Assembly: GCF_001949145.1 (NCBI RefSeq)
Contig: NW_019091357.1
Location: forward strand, 1,729,704 to 1,793,703
DNA length: 64,000 bases
Origin: Acanthaster planci
Taxonomy: Eukaryota
Direction: 5' to 3'
The translations under genes were made by a program, and so were the position numbers. The notes beneath the pieces were generated by a model. It worked only from the letters and a program-made list of their open reading frames with translations. It ran no database searches and had not been told where the DNA came from. Shown piece after piece: positions 62,793-64,000 of this stretch (positions within the stretch are counted from its first letter, which is position 1; every line of letters starts with the position of its first letter).

Positions 62793-64000
62793 AGACATTG
62801 GTAAGAAACCAGATAAAATTGTGTGTGATGCCCGAGATAGATGTTGTCCATTTGTCAGGAACTGCATTTTGACAATTATGCACAGTTTCATCTGAACTTT
62901 TGTAAAGCACCCATCAATCCAAGAGTTATCCACCAAAAAGGGTGTGAACTTGCCCGCGGTAACACCCCATGTATTTATTTGATCCAACATGGAATCATTT
63001 GTACACTTTTTCATGGAAGGGCTTGTTACTTAATTTGTCCACATAAGGAATCTCACTTTTGGCGCCTTCAACACCTTTCTGAATAGTGGATTGCTTTATA
63101 TCCACAGAAGCTGTGGATCACTCCACATCAACCTCATACCTGTGTGTGGATTTGTTCATGTGCACAGCCAATGGGATTGCTGATGTAAATATGCCTACTG
63201 AATATCCACCGTTACGAGTGGACTGTTCCACATCCCCACTTAAGAGAGGCCAAGGACTGAGTGAGTTCCACGTCCTCAGTAATCTTTGAAGATGTGGAAC
63301 ATCACTCCGTTGTATAGCTATGCGAAGTAAAACTTAGCAGGGTGTCTGCTGTGTATTGTCCACGGAGATACAAGGTGTGGATCGGTCCATTCTGCTGTCC
63401 CAGCCGTTGTGCTGAACACATCCACAGTGCGTGGGATCCCCTATGTGGACCACCGACCCACATCCACACTTTGGCCCTGGGTTGTTGACAGCCCCAACAG
63501 CATCCGTGCATGAGACTCCGTTGATCTACTCAGTACTTGAGTCTCATGTCCGGTAGGCAGCGTTCAGGGTATGATAAGGGGTTGGCCTATTGCTGCTGCC
63601 GCACGTTACATTTACACAGGGCAACTGCTGTGAACCAAGTTGCACCCACCCTCTGTGTGGATCCCCGTACTTCCAAGTGGATTTAATGAGTAATGTTGAT
63701 GAAGATTTCTATGTACATAATTTGCCAGAAACAGTTAGTACTGTGGGTAGTAGCCGTCTGATTCAGCTGTGATTTACGTTGAAATAACTCTGATTACTTT
63801 GCTAAATTTGTATCAAGTTAATGACGTCATTACTTTCCTCCATGTGCCTCTGCCCCCTGCAGAAGCAAGTCAGTCTTGCCTGGAAAAAAAAAATTTGCTT
63901 ATTAAAATATACAAGCGTCTTTATGTTTAAGAAAGAGACCAGAATTTGTAAAAATGGACTGATTCGTGAAGCCCCGCCCCCTTTTTTTCTGACCAGTCAC

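Overview
Eukaryotic (animal) genomic DNA with GT-AG introns. The gene set and repeat types suggest a marine invertebrate, possibly an echinoderm (inference only). Six protein-coding genes could be reconstructed by hand: a 16-exon LMBRD1 lysosomal cobalamin escort (+, 8087-14690); two tandem, two-exon secreted C-type lectins (+, 17018-17914 and 19830-20739); a 3-coding-exon Kv2/Shab potassium channel (-, 25029-34176) with a long spliced 5' leader; an intronless, divergent XK-related protein (-, 43422-45512); and an 11-coding-exon Src-family kinase (+, 52106-62792). A seventh, unidentified gene probably starts near 7.7-7.9 kb and runs off the left edge on the - strand. Non-coding DNA holds MITEs, tRNA-derived SINEs, a LINE 3' remnant and sharply bounded domains of the palindrome TACATGTA. 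The most notable signals are a roughly 600-nt multi-branched structured region in the Src 3'UTR, a natural Ala gatekeeper in the Src kinase, lectins that keep EPN/WND but lack the canonical inner disulfide, and the TACATG domain structure. No CRISPR, rRNA or intact tRNA gene was seen.
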